A stretch of DNA of 64,000 nucleotides from a virus, in the IMG/VR virus record IMGVR_UViG_3300010370_000028, positions 1 through 64,000 of that record. One strand, written 5' to 3'. This document shows, piece by piece, positions 24,070-34,043 of the stretch; the first letter of the stretch is position 1; each line of letters starts with the position of its first letter. A model generated the notes under the pieces. It saw only the letters and a program-made list of their open reading frames with translations, was not told the DNA's origin and ran no database searches. The position numbers and the translations under genes were made by a program.

Positions 24070-24312
24070 CATCGAAACGAAAAAAAAAGATTTTTTTTTC
24101 TGAAAGATTTTCGCGAAATGTGTTGACAAGGTGCGACCCTCCCCCATTTCTCGAAAAAAGTGGACGAAATTTTGACAGCGCAGTGGGGGGGCTACTCTTC
24201 CTCAATCTCCCCACGTCCAATCCACATACCCCTCCCCCCATTTGTCGAAAACGCCAGCGATTTATCAAACCACACTAATACTCAACATAAAAAAAAATCC
24301 CAGCCCTAAAAA

Positions 24313-24318
24313 GTGTAA
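24313..24318 (+). promoter_or_regulatory. putative late promoter motif GTGTAA
   Basis: recurs just upstream of late genes at 25585, 26324, 31598, 37975, 43668, 57010 (+) and 41577, 7604 (-). Confidence 0.65.
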
Positions 24319-24326
24319 GTATAATC

Positions 24327-25565
24327 ATGGCAGCGGTTTCGTATAGTGACATAAGAGTAAAAATAGATGATTACGACTTATTAGCAAAATCATTAACAAT
24401 CAATGGATCAAATAATCTTTCCGTCAATAGAGTCTTAAATGATTTTCAAGAAACTCAATTTGATGGATATGGAATAAATGGTTTTGCAAATTATAACATT
24501 AATATTTCATTCTATGCTGAAACAGCTACATCTGGAACTAAGTTTTGTTTAGAAGACTTGACTGGCAATGTTGATGCTGAAATAAAGATTTTAGGAACCA
24601 ATAGTTTTAAACAATGCTACTTGCAAAGTTTAAATGTTAATATTCAACCTTTTACCCCAGTTGTTGTTGATGCTTCTTTTGTTTGTTATGAGCCACCTAG
24701 TGTTTTTGATATAGATGGAATTAATACTTTAAAACTTACCCCAGGTTTCTTTTTAAATGATAGTGAATTTTATGTTATAAACAAAGAGTCTGGTATTACA
24801 TGGGCTAATGCAAATAGAGAAGCATCTGGCATGGGTGGACGTTTGGCTATTTTAGATTCTGCGGAAAAAAACAATAGAGTACCTCAACATGATGGAGCAA
24901 TGTGGATTGGTGCTAATGATAGTGGTACAGAGGGTACATGGAAATGGCTTAATGGTGTTACATTTTGGACAGGCACTAGGAGTACTGGTGGACCTTTTAA
25001 TAATGCTTATAATAATTGGGGTGGTGGACAACCAGATAATGCTTTATTCAATATTTCTGGAGAAGATTATTTACAAAGACTTCCAAATGGACAGTGGAAT
25101 GATGTAGTCAACGATCCTTCTTTATATACAGATGTTAGTACTTGGTGGTTTACTAGAGGTTATATTTTAGAATATACTGGCGGCTCAATTTATAAAGATA
25201 GTCTTATTTATGGACATACAGTTACAACTGTCAGTGGCGAATTCATTTCAGATGAAAATAAACAACAAATATCATATGGAGTAATATGTGAAAGAACACC
25301 AAGATACATGCTTGGCGAAACTATCCCAAGTAGAGTGTTTTTAGATAAGGTTGAAAAAGAACTCACAATTAAATCAACTCAAGTAGATAGTTTTGTTGAT
25401 TATGATGGATATGAAGATTCTTTTTATGTTTATCTAACCGATAAGAATGGAAGATCCGCTTCTACAATTTCATTCCCAACCGCGACTGTTGTATCTCAAA
25501 ATTTCTCTACTCAACAAGATGGTTTTTGCTTAACAGAAATAAAAGCAAAAGAGATTATTTTATAA
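24327..25565 (+). CDS. tail-tube-like virion protein with inserted C-type lectin domain
   Basis: TW..A......GGRLA, WIG..D...EG.W.W, NW..GQPDN and WND motifs; flanks resemble the 38532 and 52657 proteins. Confidence 0.7.
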   Translation: MAAVSYSDIRVKIDDYDLLAKSLTINGSNNLSVNRVLNDFQETQFDGYGINGFANYNINISFYAETATSGTKFCLEDLTGNVDAEIKILGTNSFKQCYLQSLNVNIQPFTPVVVDASFVCYEPPSVFDIDGINTLKLTPGFFLNDSEFYVINKESGITWANANREASGMGGRLAILDSAEKNNRVPQHDGAMWIGANDSGTEGTWKWLNGVTFWTGTRSTGGPFNNAYNNWGGGQPDNALFNISGEDYLQRLPNGQWNDVVNDPSLYTDVSTWWFTRGYILEYTGGSIYKDSLIYGHTVTTVSGEFISDENKQQISYGVICERTPRYMLGETIPSRVFLDKVEKELTIKSTQVDSFVDYDGYEDSFYVYLTDKNGRSASTISFPTATVVSQNFSTQQDGFCLTEIKAKEIIL

Positions 25566-25600
25566 TTAAAAATACCCCCATTTAGTGTAAATATATCTGA

Positions 25601-26329
25601 ATGGCAAAGAAAAAAACCGACTTGTCGGGTTCTCTTGAGATTCGTCCTCAATTAGAACATAGCATTAAACTAAAACCCCGTAAATTTAAGTTTACTCCAA
25701 AGCAGCAAAAGTTTTTGGATATGGTCTTAGACCCCCAAAACCCAATCATATTTGTATCGGGTCCAGCAGGAAGTTCTAAAACATATATGTCGTTATATGC
25801 GGCTATCCAAATGATGATTAAAGATAAAGAGCGCGAATTACTTTATGTTCGTAGTATTATCGAAAGCGCTGACCAAGGATTAGGTAGTTTACCTGGAGAT
25901 GTAGCAGAAAAGTTTGATCCATTCCTTATTCCTCTTTACGATAAGCTTGATGAAATCATTGTACCACAAGATGTAGTATGGTTGAAAGGTCAAGGCAAGA
26001 TTGGTGCTATACCAATTAACTTTCTTCGCGGTGCAAACTGGACAGATAAGATTGTTGTTGCAGATGAAGCGCAGAACTTTACATTTAAAGAACTTACAAC
26101 TTTAATTACTCGCGTTGGAGAAGGAACAAAACTTATTATTTGCGGCGACTTCATGCAAAGTGATATTAATGGCCGTTCTGGTTTCTCACCGATGTTTAGA
26201 ATCTTTGATGATGAAGAAAGTAAATCAAAAGGCGTGTGTACTTTCTGTTTTAATGAGTCAGACATTGTACGCAGTGAAATTTTGAAATTTTTAATCTCAA
26301 GATTACAAAAAGCAGAAAAAAATGTGTAA
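25601..26329 (+). CDS. phoH: PhoH-like ATPase
   Basis: GPAGSSKT, LPGD..EK..P, FLRG, DEAQN, TRVGE, GD..QSD and DIVRS motifs. Confidence 0.92.
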   Translation: MAKKKTDLSGSLEIRPQLEHSIKLKPRKFKFTPKQQKFLDMVLDPQNPIIFVSGPAGSSKTYMSLYAAIQMMIKDKERELLYVRSIIESADQGLGSLPGDVAEKFDPFLIPLYDKLDEIIVPQDVVWLKGQGKIGAIPINFLRGANWTDKIVVADEAQNFTFKELTTLITRVGEGTKLIICGDFMQSDINGRSGFSPMFRIFDDEESKSKGVCTFCFNESDIVRSEILKFLISRLQKAEKNV

Positions 26330-26431
26330 ATAAAATCAGACAAGACCTGCCAAAGCGCACAGCTAAATGTAATTGCAAAAAAATAAGGGCGGTTGTATCT
26401 TGTCTACTTTTTGTCCCCACAAGCCTAAGCC

Positions 26432-26698
26432 ATGACTCAAAAAACCAAAACTACAATTACAGAAGCTGCAACCGCATTAAAATGGGTCTTGCCAATACTT
26501 TTCGGGATTGTTATTTTGTGGCTTAATAGTAGATATGCAACAGTTGAAGCTTTTGATGTTTTAGAAAATAAAGTTTTAATAATACAATCCTCAAATAAAG
26601 AAAATGAGGCTGATTTAAATAAAAAAATAGAAATAATTAACACAAAGCTTGAATATATACTAACGGACGTTAAAGAAATTAAACAAAAAGTCAAATGA
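26432..26698 (+). CDS. single-TM coiled-coil protein (possible holin-like)
   Basis: WVLPILFGIVILWL TM followed by a heptad repeat. Confidence 0.55.
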   Translation: MTQKTKTTITEAATALKWVLPILFGIVILWLNSRYATVEAFDVLENKVLIIQSSNKENEADLNKKIEIINTKLEYILTDVKEIKQKVK

Positions 26699-27054
26699 GT
26701 CAAATATTCTGTTCAAGCTGCGGGACCAAACATCAATATACATACTCTCAACCAAAATTCTGTTCCAACTGTGGTCAGTCTTTTGGAGCTTCTTTCTTGC
26801 CACCAAAAAAGCAAGTAACTAGCGCCAAGTATGATATTGATGAAGAGGATGAAGAAGACGATGGTGAAAACACTAACGTTCAACATGTTCCTAATATTCG
26901 AAATCTACAAGTAGACATCGAAAAAGAAGAGGGAAATAATCAATTTACTCTTGGTTCTTTATTTGGCCAAGGTAATGCGGGTGTTTCGAGGAGGAGTCGC
27001 CGTTCCAAAACGGTAGATGATTTTATTAGCGAAAAATCTACCAGTGGGGAATAA
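26695..27054 (+). CDS. zinc-ribbon protein
   Basis: FCSSCG...KFCSNCG followed by an acidic tract. Confidence 0.75.
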   Translation: MSQIFCSSCGTKHQYTYSQPKFCSNCGQSFGASFLPPKKQVTSAKYDIDEEDEEDDGENTNVQHVPNIRNLQVDIEKEEGNNQFTLGSLFGQGNAGVSRRSRRSKTVDDFISEKSTSGE

Positions 27055-27733
27055 AAAATATAAATATGAAGATTATTCCGATGTCATTGATGCTACTATA
27101 AGAAAGTTTAGGTCTAAGTGGCAATTAAATGCAATCAATTGGTTTGATTTCTCCGATGTAGAGCAGATTATTAAGATTCACATCCACAAAAAGTGGGATA
27201 TGTGGGATCAATCACTTCCTCTTGAGCCTTGGATAGCAAGAATAGCTTCTAATCAAATTAAAAACATAATTAGAAACAATTATACTAATTATGTTAAACC
27301 TTGTATGCAGTGCAAGTTTAACATGGGTGATAACCTTTGTTCTTGGACTCGCAGTGGTAATCAAAATGCAACCTGCGATATGTATGCAAAATGGTCTAAG
27401 CAAAAGAAAGCGGGGTATGGTATTAAATTGCCTGTTGCTTTAGAAAATCATTTAAAAGAAATAGATTCCCAACCAGACACATCAATTCATTTTGATTCAG
27501 CAATAGAAAGATTAAACGAATTATTAAAAGCCAAATTAAGTGAACAACACTATACTGTTTACATAATGTTATTTTTCGAAGAAAAGCCCGAAGAAGAGGT
27601 TGCTAAGTATATGGGTTATAAAACAAATGAAAAAAACAGAAAGGCTGGATACAAACAAATAAAAAATCTTAAAAAAATGCTTAGGGAAAAAGCTGAAGAA
27701 ATAATTAGAGATAATGATATTATAATAGAATAA
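27044..27733 (+). CDS. phage sigma-70/ECF-like sigma factor with Cys4 linker
   Basis: region 2 (D..Q.I......W..WD...LEPWI.RIA.NQ.KN..R), CxxC-x8-C-x11-C, region 4 HTH (LSE.......L.F.E.....EVAKYMG); GTG start at 27044 likely. Confidence 0.7.
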   Translation: MGNKKYKYEDYSDVIDATIRKFRSKWQLNAINWFDFSDVEQIIKIHIHKKWDMWDQSLPLEPWIARIASNQIKNIIRNNYTNYVKPCMQCKFNMGDNLCSWTRSGNQNATCDMYAKWSKQKKAGYGIKLPVALENHLKEIDSQPDTSIHFDSAIERLNELLKAKLSEQHYTVYIMLFFEEKPEEEVAKYMGYKTNEKNRKAGYKQIKNLKKMLREKAEEIIRDNDIIIE

Positions 27734-27735
27734 CA

Positions 27736-28785
27736 ATGTTAACTGAATTACAAAAACAGCAAGTTGTCGAGATCTACAAATCTACTTCTGATTTGAATGA
27801 GATCACTCGTCGCGTTTTCGATAACCCAGACATTGACGGCAGAAGTAAAGAGGGGCGCTTAATTAGACAGTTTATGATTGAGAGTAAGCTCAAATTTAAA
27901 ACTGCTAGACGAGAAAAGAAAGAAGGTATCGAGTTTACTGAAGAACAAAAAGATTTTATTATTAAACAAGGTAATGATGGGTTATCTTCTTTAAAGATTG
28001 CCGAAATTGTTTTCCCAAAGAAAGAAGTTAAACCACTTTCTCTTGAACAGAGAGCCGTTCTCGATATCCTCAGAGAAGCTAATCCAGACTATACACCATC
28101 TCAAGATACTGATGCCTCACTCAGCAGTTACGTTGCCCCCAAGTCTACTGGGCGCATCGTCAAGAAGATCAACGATGCCACTGGGTTATTTTTGGAAGAA
28201 GATAAGTTAAATAGGCAACATAAGAATTGCGTAGATAGGTTGGGGATAAACCTTAATAATTCTAGATTTGTTAAAATTGTCAATAACTATACATCTAAAG
28301 ATGATCGTGAGTTATTTGAGCAAGAATTTATTCGTTTAACTTGGGATAAACCAGATTTAACAGCAGATGAAATTAATTTATACATGAACGTCTGCAAAGA
28401 AGTTATTAATTTAGAAGTTGTAAGTAAACACCTTAATAAGCTCAATGATTTGTTTGATATTGCAAACGATCAAGAAGAAATGAGTATAAGATTGGCAGAA
28501 ATTATTAAAGCTAAAAGCTCTGAATATCATCAGTGCGAAGGTCGAATCGAAAATCTTACAAAAAAATTACAGGGAGATCGTTCTGAACGAATGAAGAATA
28601 AGCATAAGGAAAATGCATCTATTCTTTCTTTGGTTCAATTTTTCCAAGATGAAGAAGAACGAAAAAATATGGTAAGAATGGCTGAGATGCAAAAAGAAGT
28701 CATTCAACAAGAAGCTCACAGACTTGAAGGCATGTCCGAATGGAAAGCAAGGGTTTTAGGTATTTCTCAAGAAGATGTCATTTAA
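27736..28785 (+). CDS. HTH/coiled-coil protein, candidate terminase small subunit
   Basis: FTEEQK.FI......LS...IA HTH-like segment, long coiled coil, position upstream of TerL. Confidence 0.45.
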   Translation: MLTELQKQQVVEIYKSTSDLNEITRRVFDNPDIDGRSKEGRLIRQFMIESKLKFKTARREKKEGIEFTEEQKDFIIKQGNDGLSSLKIAEIVFPKKEVKPLSLEQRAVLDILREANPDYTPSQDTDASLSSYVAPKSTGRIVKKINDATGLFLEEDKLNRQHKNCVDRLGINLNNSRFVKIVNNYTSKDDRELFEQEFIRLTWDKPDLTADEINLYMNVCKEVINLEVVSKHLNKLNDLFDIANDQEEMSIRLAEIIKAKSSEYHQCEGRIENLTKKLQGDRSERMKNKHKENASILSLVQFFQDEEERKNMVRMAEMQKEVIQQEAHRLEGMSEWKARVLGISQEDVI

Positions 28786-29713
28786 GTGTAAAGAGTGCGG
28801 ACAGGAGTTCCCTGCCCTAAAAAGCCTTCATACGCATATCAAAAAGCATGATATGCTGTTGGGTGAGTATTATGTTAAAAACTATCAGCGTAGAAATAAA
28901 TTAACTGGCGATTTAATGCAGTTTAAAAACTACGACGAATACTTTGAAAAAGATTTTAGCAATCGTGATCAATTATTAAAATGGTGTGACTCTGCTCCAT
29001 TCTCAGAAGTTTCTGATTATATAATTAAAATTTTAAAAGATCGCATAGAAAAAAAAGAATTAAAATACGCACCAAACTCAATAGAGTTATATACTAACCA
29101 ACTCCCATCAATAGATGTTTATAAAAAATTCTATGGAAGTTATACTGATGCTTGTAAAAAATGTTTAGTCGAACCAATGTTTGGCGGTAAATTCCCAAAA
29201 GAATTTCATAATGATTACTCAAAAATTAAAATTTTTATAGATACAAGAGAGCAAAAGCCACTTCCTTTTAAAAATTTTGAGAAATTAAAACTAGATGTTG
29301 GTGATTATGCCGTTGGTGGCGAGCATTATAGCTATACTTATGTAGATAGAAAGTCTTATGATGATTTTTGCAATACAATGGGTAATGGTTATGAAAGATT
29401 TCGTAGAGAATTAGAAAGATGTAGAAGTCTTGGGTCTTATTTATTTGTTGTTGTAGAAACAGATTTATACAAGATGGAAAAAAAGAATATCTTTACTCCA
29501 CAAAAAGTAAATTTAAAATATGTTTTCCATAATATGAGAACAATACAGCACGATTTTAGAGACTGCTGCCAGTTTGTATTTAGTGGAAATAGAAGTAATA
29601 GCACTCTCCTTATTCCAAAGCTTTTGGTTTTAGGTAAAAAAGTCTGGAATACAGATATACAATATTTCTTAGATTCTGGCGTAATGAATTATTTTGAAAG
29701 GAAAAAATCATGA
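28775..29713 (+). CDS. C2H2 zinc finger plus ERCC4/XPF-family nuclease
   Basis: CKEC...LHTHIKKH; IDTREQ, L.VGDY, DRKS..D, RF..EL.R and VVVE motifs. Confidence 0.8.
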   Translation: MSFKCKECGQEFPALKSLHTHIKKHDMLLGEYYVKNYQRRNKLTGDLMQFKNYDEYFEKDFSNRDQLLKWCDSAPFSEVSDYIIKILKDRIEKKELKYAPNSIELYTNQLPSIDVYKKFYGSYTDACKKCLVEPMFGGKFPKEFHNDYSKIKIFIDTREQKPLPFKNFEKLKLDVGDYAVGGEHYSYTYVDRKSYDDFCNTMGNGYERFRRELERCRSLGSYLFVVVETDLYKMEKKNIFTPQKVNLKYVFHNMRTIQHDFRDCCQFVFSGNRSNSTLLIPKLLVLGKKVWNTDIQYFLDSGVMNYFERKKS

Positions 29714-31569
29714 GTTGGGAAGCTGGTAATCAAAAATTAAATAAAAAATTTAAAAACATTAATCAAGAGATACTTGATACAAAAGGTTTTATTGACGAGA
29801 AGAAAGCTAAAATTTTATTATATAAATTTTTAAAAGAAAACCCATCTTTCTCTTCTGAATTAATTACAGGTGTTTCATTATTCCCGTTCCAACATATGGC
29901 AATTAAAGCTATGATGGAAACTGATTACTTTTTGGGTATCTGGTCCCGTGGTATGAGTAAATCTTTCTCTACCGCAATCTTTGCTATTCTAGATGCGATT
30001 TTAAATCAAGGCGTACATATTGGAATCATTAGTAAATCATTCAGGCAGTCTAAAATGATTTTCCGTAAGATTGAAGAGATTTCTCGAAGCCCTAAAGCTG
30101 GATTCCTTTCTCAATGCATTAATAGAATATCAAAAACAAATGATGAATGGGTAATTGAAATTGGTAGAAGCAAGATAACAGCCCTGCCACTTGGCGATGG
30201 TGAAAAACTCCGTGGTTTCCGTTTCCAGAGAATGATTATTGACGAGCTTCTTCTGATGCCAGAAAAGATTTTAAATGAAGTTATTCTTCCATTCCTTTCT
30301 GTTGTAGAAAACCCAACTGAAAGACAAAAGCTTTATGATTTAGAAACTACTTTGATTCAACAAGGTAAGATGTCTGAAGAAGAGCGTTATAGATGGCCAA
30401 ATAACAAAATTATTGGATTATCTTCAGCAAGTTATAAATTCGAATATCTTTATAAACTATATCAACAATATGAATCATTAATTTTTAATAATGCTGAAAA
30501 AGATAATGCCCATAGAGTTATTATGCATTTTAGCTACGATTGCGCACCAGATCAACTTTATGACCAAAACTTAATTAATCAAGCTAAAGCTACAATGAGT
30601 CAGTCTCAGTTTGATCGTGAGTTTGGTGCTGTATTTACTGACGATAGCTCTGGTTACTTTAAGGTAAGCAAAATGGCGCTTTGCACCATACCTGATGGAG
30701 AAGGTCAAAGCGTAGAGGTTGTAGGCGATCCTACGGCTCAATATATACTAGCATTTGACCCGTCTTGGTCAGAAAGTGAAGGATCTGACGACTTCTCCAT
30801 GCAATTATTAAAAATTAATCCAGAAAAAAGAAATGGAACAGTAGTTCATAGCTATGCCCTTTCTGGAACTAATTTGAAAAAGCATATTGAGTATATGCAT
30901 TATTTATTAACTCATTTTAATGTTGTTTCAATTGTAGGTGACTATAACGGAGGCGTTCAGTTTATTAATTCTTGTAATGAAAGTGAAATATTTAAAAAAG
31001 CTGGGATTAAATTAGATACATTTGATGCCGATTTCGATAATCCGCAAGAATACGATAAGGCTTTGAGAGATGCAAGAAATCAATATAATGTATCTACTAG
31101 AAGAATAGTTAACTTAAGGAAACCAAGTTCTGCTTGGATTAGATATGCCAATGAATCGTTACAGGCAGCATTTGATCACAAGAGAATATGGTTTGCTGGA
31201 GCGGCAATGGATGAAGCTTATAATAAACAAAGGTTAGCTAATATACCAATTCAAACATTAAAATTCTCAAGGCATGATGATGAAAAAGAATCTGGCGCTA
31301 GACAAATTGATTTTATTGAACAATTAAAAGACAATATTGAACTTATTAAAGTACAATGCGCACTTATTCAAGTAAATACTTCAGCTCAAGGTACGCAAAG
31401 TTTTGACTTACCAATGAATCTAAAAAAGCAAAGAGGGGCTGATAAAGCAAGAAAAGACTCTTATTCTACGTTAGTTTTAGGCAACTGGATGATGCAAACT
31501 TATTTTGATATGATTAACCTTCAAGAGCAGAATATTCAAGCCACATTCGTCCCAATGTTTATTAATTAA
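29710..31569 (+). CDS. terL: terminase large subunit
   Basis: Q motif (LFPFQ), SRGMSKS Walker A, RGFR..MIIDE Walker B, LSSA, FDREFGA.F, LAFDP nuclease Asp, KD.YS. Confidence 0.85.
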   Translation: MSWEAGNQKLNKKFKNINQEILDTKGFIDEKKAKILLYKFLKENPSFSSELITGVSLFPFQHMAIKAMMETDYFLGIWSRGMSKSFSTAIFAILDAILNQGVHIGIISKSFRQSKMIFRKIEEISRSPKAGFLSQCINRISKTNDEWVIEIGRSKITALPLGDGEKLRGFRFQRMIIDELLLMPEKILNEVILPFLSVVENPTERQKLYDLETTLIQQGKMSEEERYRWPNNKIIGLSSASYKFEYLYKLYQQYESLIFNNAEKDNAHRVIMHFSYDCAPDQLYDQNLINQAKATMSQSQFDREFGAVFTDDSSGYFKVSKMALCTIPDGEGQSVEVVGDPTAQYILAFDPSWSESEGSDDFSMQLLKINPEKRNGTVVHSYALSGTNLKKHIEYMHYLLTHFNVVSIVGDYNGGVQFINSCNESEIFKKAGIKLDTFDADFDNPQEYDKALRDARNQYNVSTRRIVNLRKPSSAWIRYANESLQAAFDHKRIWFAGAAMDEAYNKQRLANIPIQTLKFSRHDDEKESGARQIDFIEQLKDNIELIKVQCALIQVNTSAQGTQSFDLPMNLKKQRGADKARKDSYSTLVLGNWMMQTYFDMINLQEQNIQATFVPMFIN

Positions 31570-31615
31570 CTTTTAAAGTTAACTTTTTGACATTTCGGTG
31601 TAAAATAGTAAAAGT

Positions 31616-33628
31616 ATGAGCGGCTCAAAAAGACAGTATAATAAAAAATCAGATTATTGGACTAAATTTAAAAAAGTAGAAGCTTCCATAAGTAACGTCA
31701 TACCACAAACACAAAATTATGAGCCGCAGTTATGTGGTGAGCCATTTTATGTATCAGACGCTACAGCAAATACTAAAGAATTGATTTTTAGTAAAGCTTC
31801 CTATTCTCGTAGAAGCGGAGAAAGTCCTACTGGTTCTAGAAAAAATGTATCTGCGATGACTCCAACCACAGATAGGTTTGGGAGCATTAGAAATGGTTTA
31901 CTTCCATATAATTACGCTATGGATGGCGTTAATGTTCGTGAAGCTATTGAACTTTGCCAAAAGGCTTATGCTAATGTTGCTGTTTTTAGAAACGCTATAG
32001 ATATCATGTCTGAGTTTGCTAATACAGAAATTTATCTTGAAGGCGGCACTCAAAAAAGCAGAGAATTTTTTACAGAATGGTTTAAAAAGATTAAATTATG
32101 GAACTTAAGCGACCAATATTTTAGAGAATATTATAGAAGTGGCAATATCTTTTTATATAGAGTTGATGGTAAGTTTAAAACAGATGATTTTGCCAAATTA
32201 GTTAATCAAATTGGTATCTTGGGCAATAATAAAATACCACTTAAGTATATTTTACTTAATCCTTTTGATATTGTCGCAAAGAGAAGTTCTACTTTTGCCG
32301 TTGGCGCATACGAAAAGATTTTATCAGAATATGAATTAGCTAGATTGCAAAATCCAGTTACAGAAGAAGATAAGGAAATTTTAGATGCAATGCCATCTTC
32401 TGTTAAAAAAGATATTAAAAAAGGGGCATATTATACAGATGGATTAAAGATTGAACTTGATCCAAAAAGATTAACTTATTCATTTTATAAAAAACAAGAT
32501 TATGAACCATTTGCGGTTCCATTTGGATATCCAGTTCTTGAGGATATTAATGCTAAAATGGAGCTTAAGAAAATGGATCAAGCAATTACTCGTACTGTAG
32601 AAAACGTTATTTTGTTAATTACTATGGGCGCTGAACCAGATAAAGGCGGCATTAATGCTCAAAACTTATCTGCAATGCAAAGTTTATTTAAAAATGAAAG
32701 CGTTGGAAGAGTATTAGTTTCAGACTATACAACAAAAGCAGAATTTGTTATACCAGATTTAGGAAAAGTTTTAGGTTCTGAAAAATATAAAGTTTTAAAT
32801 GAAGATATTAAACAAGGTCTTCAAAACATTGTTATTGGTGAAGAAAAATATAGCGCTACAGAAGTTAAAGCTCAAATATTTATTGATAGATTAAAAGAAT
32901 CTAGAAATGCATTCTTAAATGATTTCTTACAAGTCGAAATTAATAGAATAGCTAAAGAATTAGGATTTAGATCGTTTCCAACAGCAAAGTTTAGAGATAT
33001 TGATATGAGAGATCAAACTCAACTTATGCGCATTACAACAAGGCTTATGGAGCTTGGTGTTCTTACTCCACAACAAGGTATGGATATGTTCCATACTGGT
33101 CAATTCCCAAAAGCAAAAGATATTTCGCCAGCGCAAAATACATTTAATGAAGAGAGAAAAGATGGTTACTATAACCCATTAGTTGGTGGCGTTCCATTGA
33201 TTTCTCCAGGTGGAGAAGATGGTGAACAAGTTCAAAAAAATACTACTAATAAAGTAGCTGGAAGACCAGAAGGTACAACTGGAATTCCTTTAGTAAAAGG
33301 AAATTATTCAGTAAAAGATATTCAATCAGTAGTAAATAAAATTGAAAAAACACGCGCTACTATTTCAACTAGTTTAAAGAAAAAACTTAATATCAAGAAG
33401 TTTAATGAACAACAACAAGACATGTTGAATAAGTTATGTGAAGCTGTTGTAGTTTCAAGTGATATAGAAACTTGGGAATCAATAGCAAATTCCTGTGTAA
33501 ATAATTTTGATAATATCGCTTCATTAAATACTATGCCAGATATTTTATCTATATTGGCAGAACATCAATTAGAAGATGATTACTCAGCAGCAATTTTATA
33601 CCATTCTCAAAAAATAAATGAAAATTAA
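31616..33628 (+). CDS. portal protein
   Basis: follows TerL; AY.N..VFRNAID.M.EF and REYYRSGN.F.Y motifs; typical size. Confidence 0.7.
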   Translation: MSGSKRQYNKKSDYWTKFKKVEASISNVIPQTQNYEPQLCGEPFYVSDATANTKELIFSKASYSRRSGESPTGSRKNVSAMTPTTDRFGSIRNGLLPYNYAMDGVNVREAIELCQKAYANVAVFRNAIDIMSEFANTEIYLEGGTQKSREFFTEWFKKIKLWNLSDQYFREYYRSGNIFLYRVDGKFKTDDFAKLVNQIGILGNNKIPLKYILLNPFDIVAKRSSTFAVGAYEKILSEYELARLQNPVTEEDKEILDAMPSSVKKDIKKGAYYTDGLKIELDPKRLTYSFYKKQDYEPFAVPFGYPVLEDINAKMELKKMDQAITRTVENVILLITMGAEPDKGGINAQNLSAMQSLFKNESVGRVLVSDYTTKAEFVIPDLGKVLGSEKYKVLNEDIKQGLQNIVIGEEKYSATEVKAQIFIDRLKESRNAFLNDFLQVEINRIAKELGFRSFPTAKFRDIDMRDQTQLMRITTRLMELGVLTPQQGMDMFHTGQFPKAKDISPAQNTFNEERKDGYYNPLVGGVPLISPGGEDGEQVQKNTTNKVAGRPEGTTGIPLVKGNYSVKDIQSVVNKIEKTRATISTSLKKKLNIKKFNEQQQDMLNKLCEAVVVSSDIETWESIANSCVNNFDNIASLNTMPDILSILAEHQLEDDYSAAILYHSQKINEN

Positions 33629-34034
33629 TCCAGAAGACATCAAAGTGCCACTTGAAAAAATAGTGGAAGTTAAAAACGGAGAAATCCAAGTATCTCTTGC
33701 TAAAATGGCAGACAAAAAAGCTGCAGTATATAAATCATTTATGAGTGCATGTGCATCAGATGATAAAGCTCTTGTTGATACAACTGATATGGATGATGAA
33801 TCAACTATGAAAGCTTGCATGGTTCAATTTGATAAAATGCAAGGTATGCTTATGGAAGAAAGTGATTCTGGAGAATTAACTCCTGCTCAGAAAAAACTTC
33901 CATCAGCACTTCAAAAAGCTCTTCTTGAAAAAATGGACAAGCCTTCAGATCCTGCTTCTCATGAAAATCAAGAAACAGAAGAAGAAGAAAAAATGGAAGA
34001 GGGCGAAGATGATGAAGAAGAAAAAGAAGGTTAA
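33618..34034 (+). CDS. acidic head-associated hypothetical protein
   Basis: between portal and protease; E-rich tail. Confidence 0.65.
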   Translation: MKINPEDIKVPLEKIVEVKNGEIQVSLAKMADKKAAVYKSFMSACASDDKALVDTTDMDDESTMKACMVQFDKMQGMLMEESDSGELTPAQKKLPSALQKALLEKMDKPSDPASHENQETEEEEKMEEGEDDEEEKEG

Positions 34035-34043
34035 TTTTTAAAT

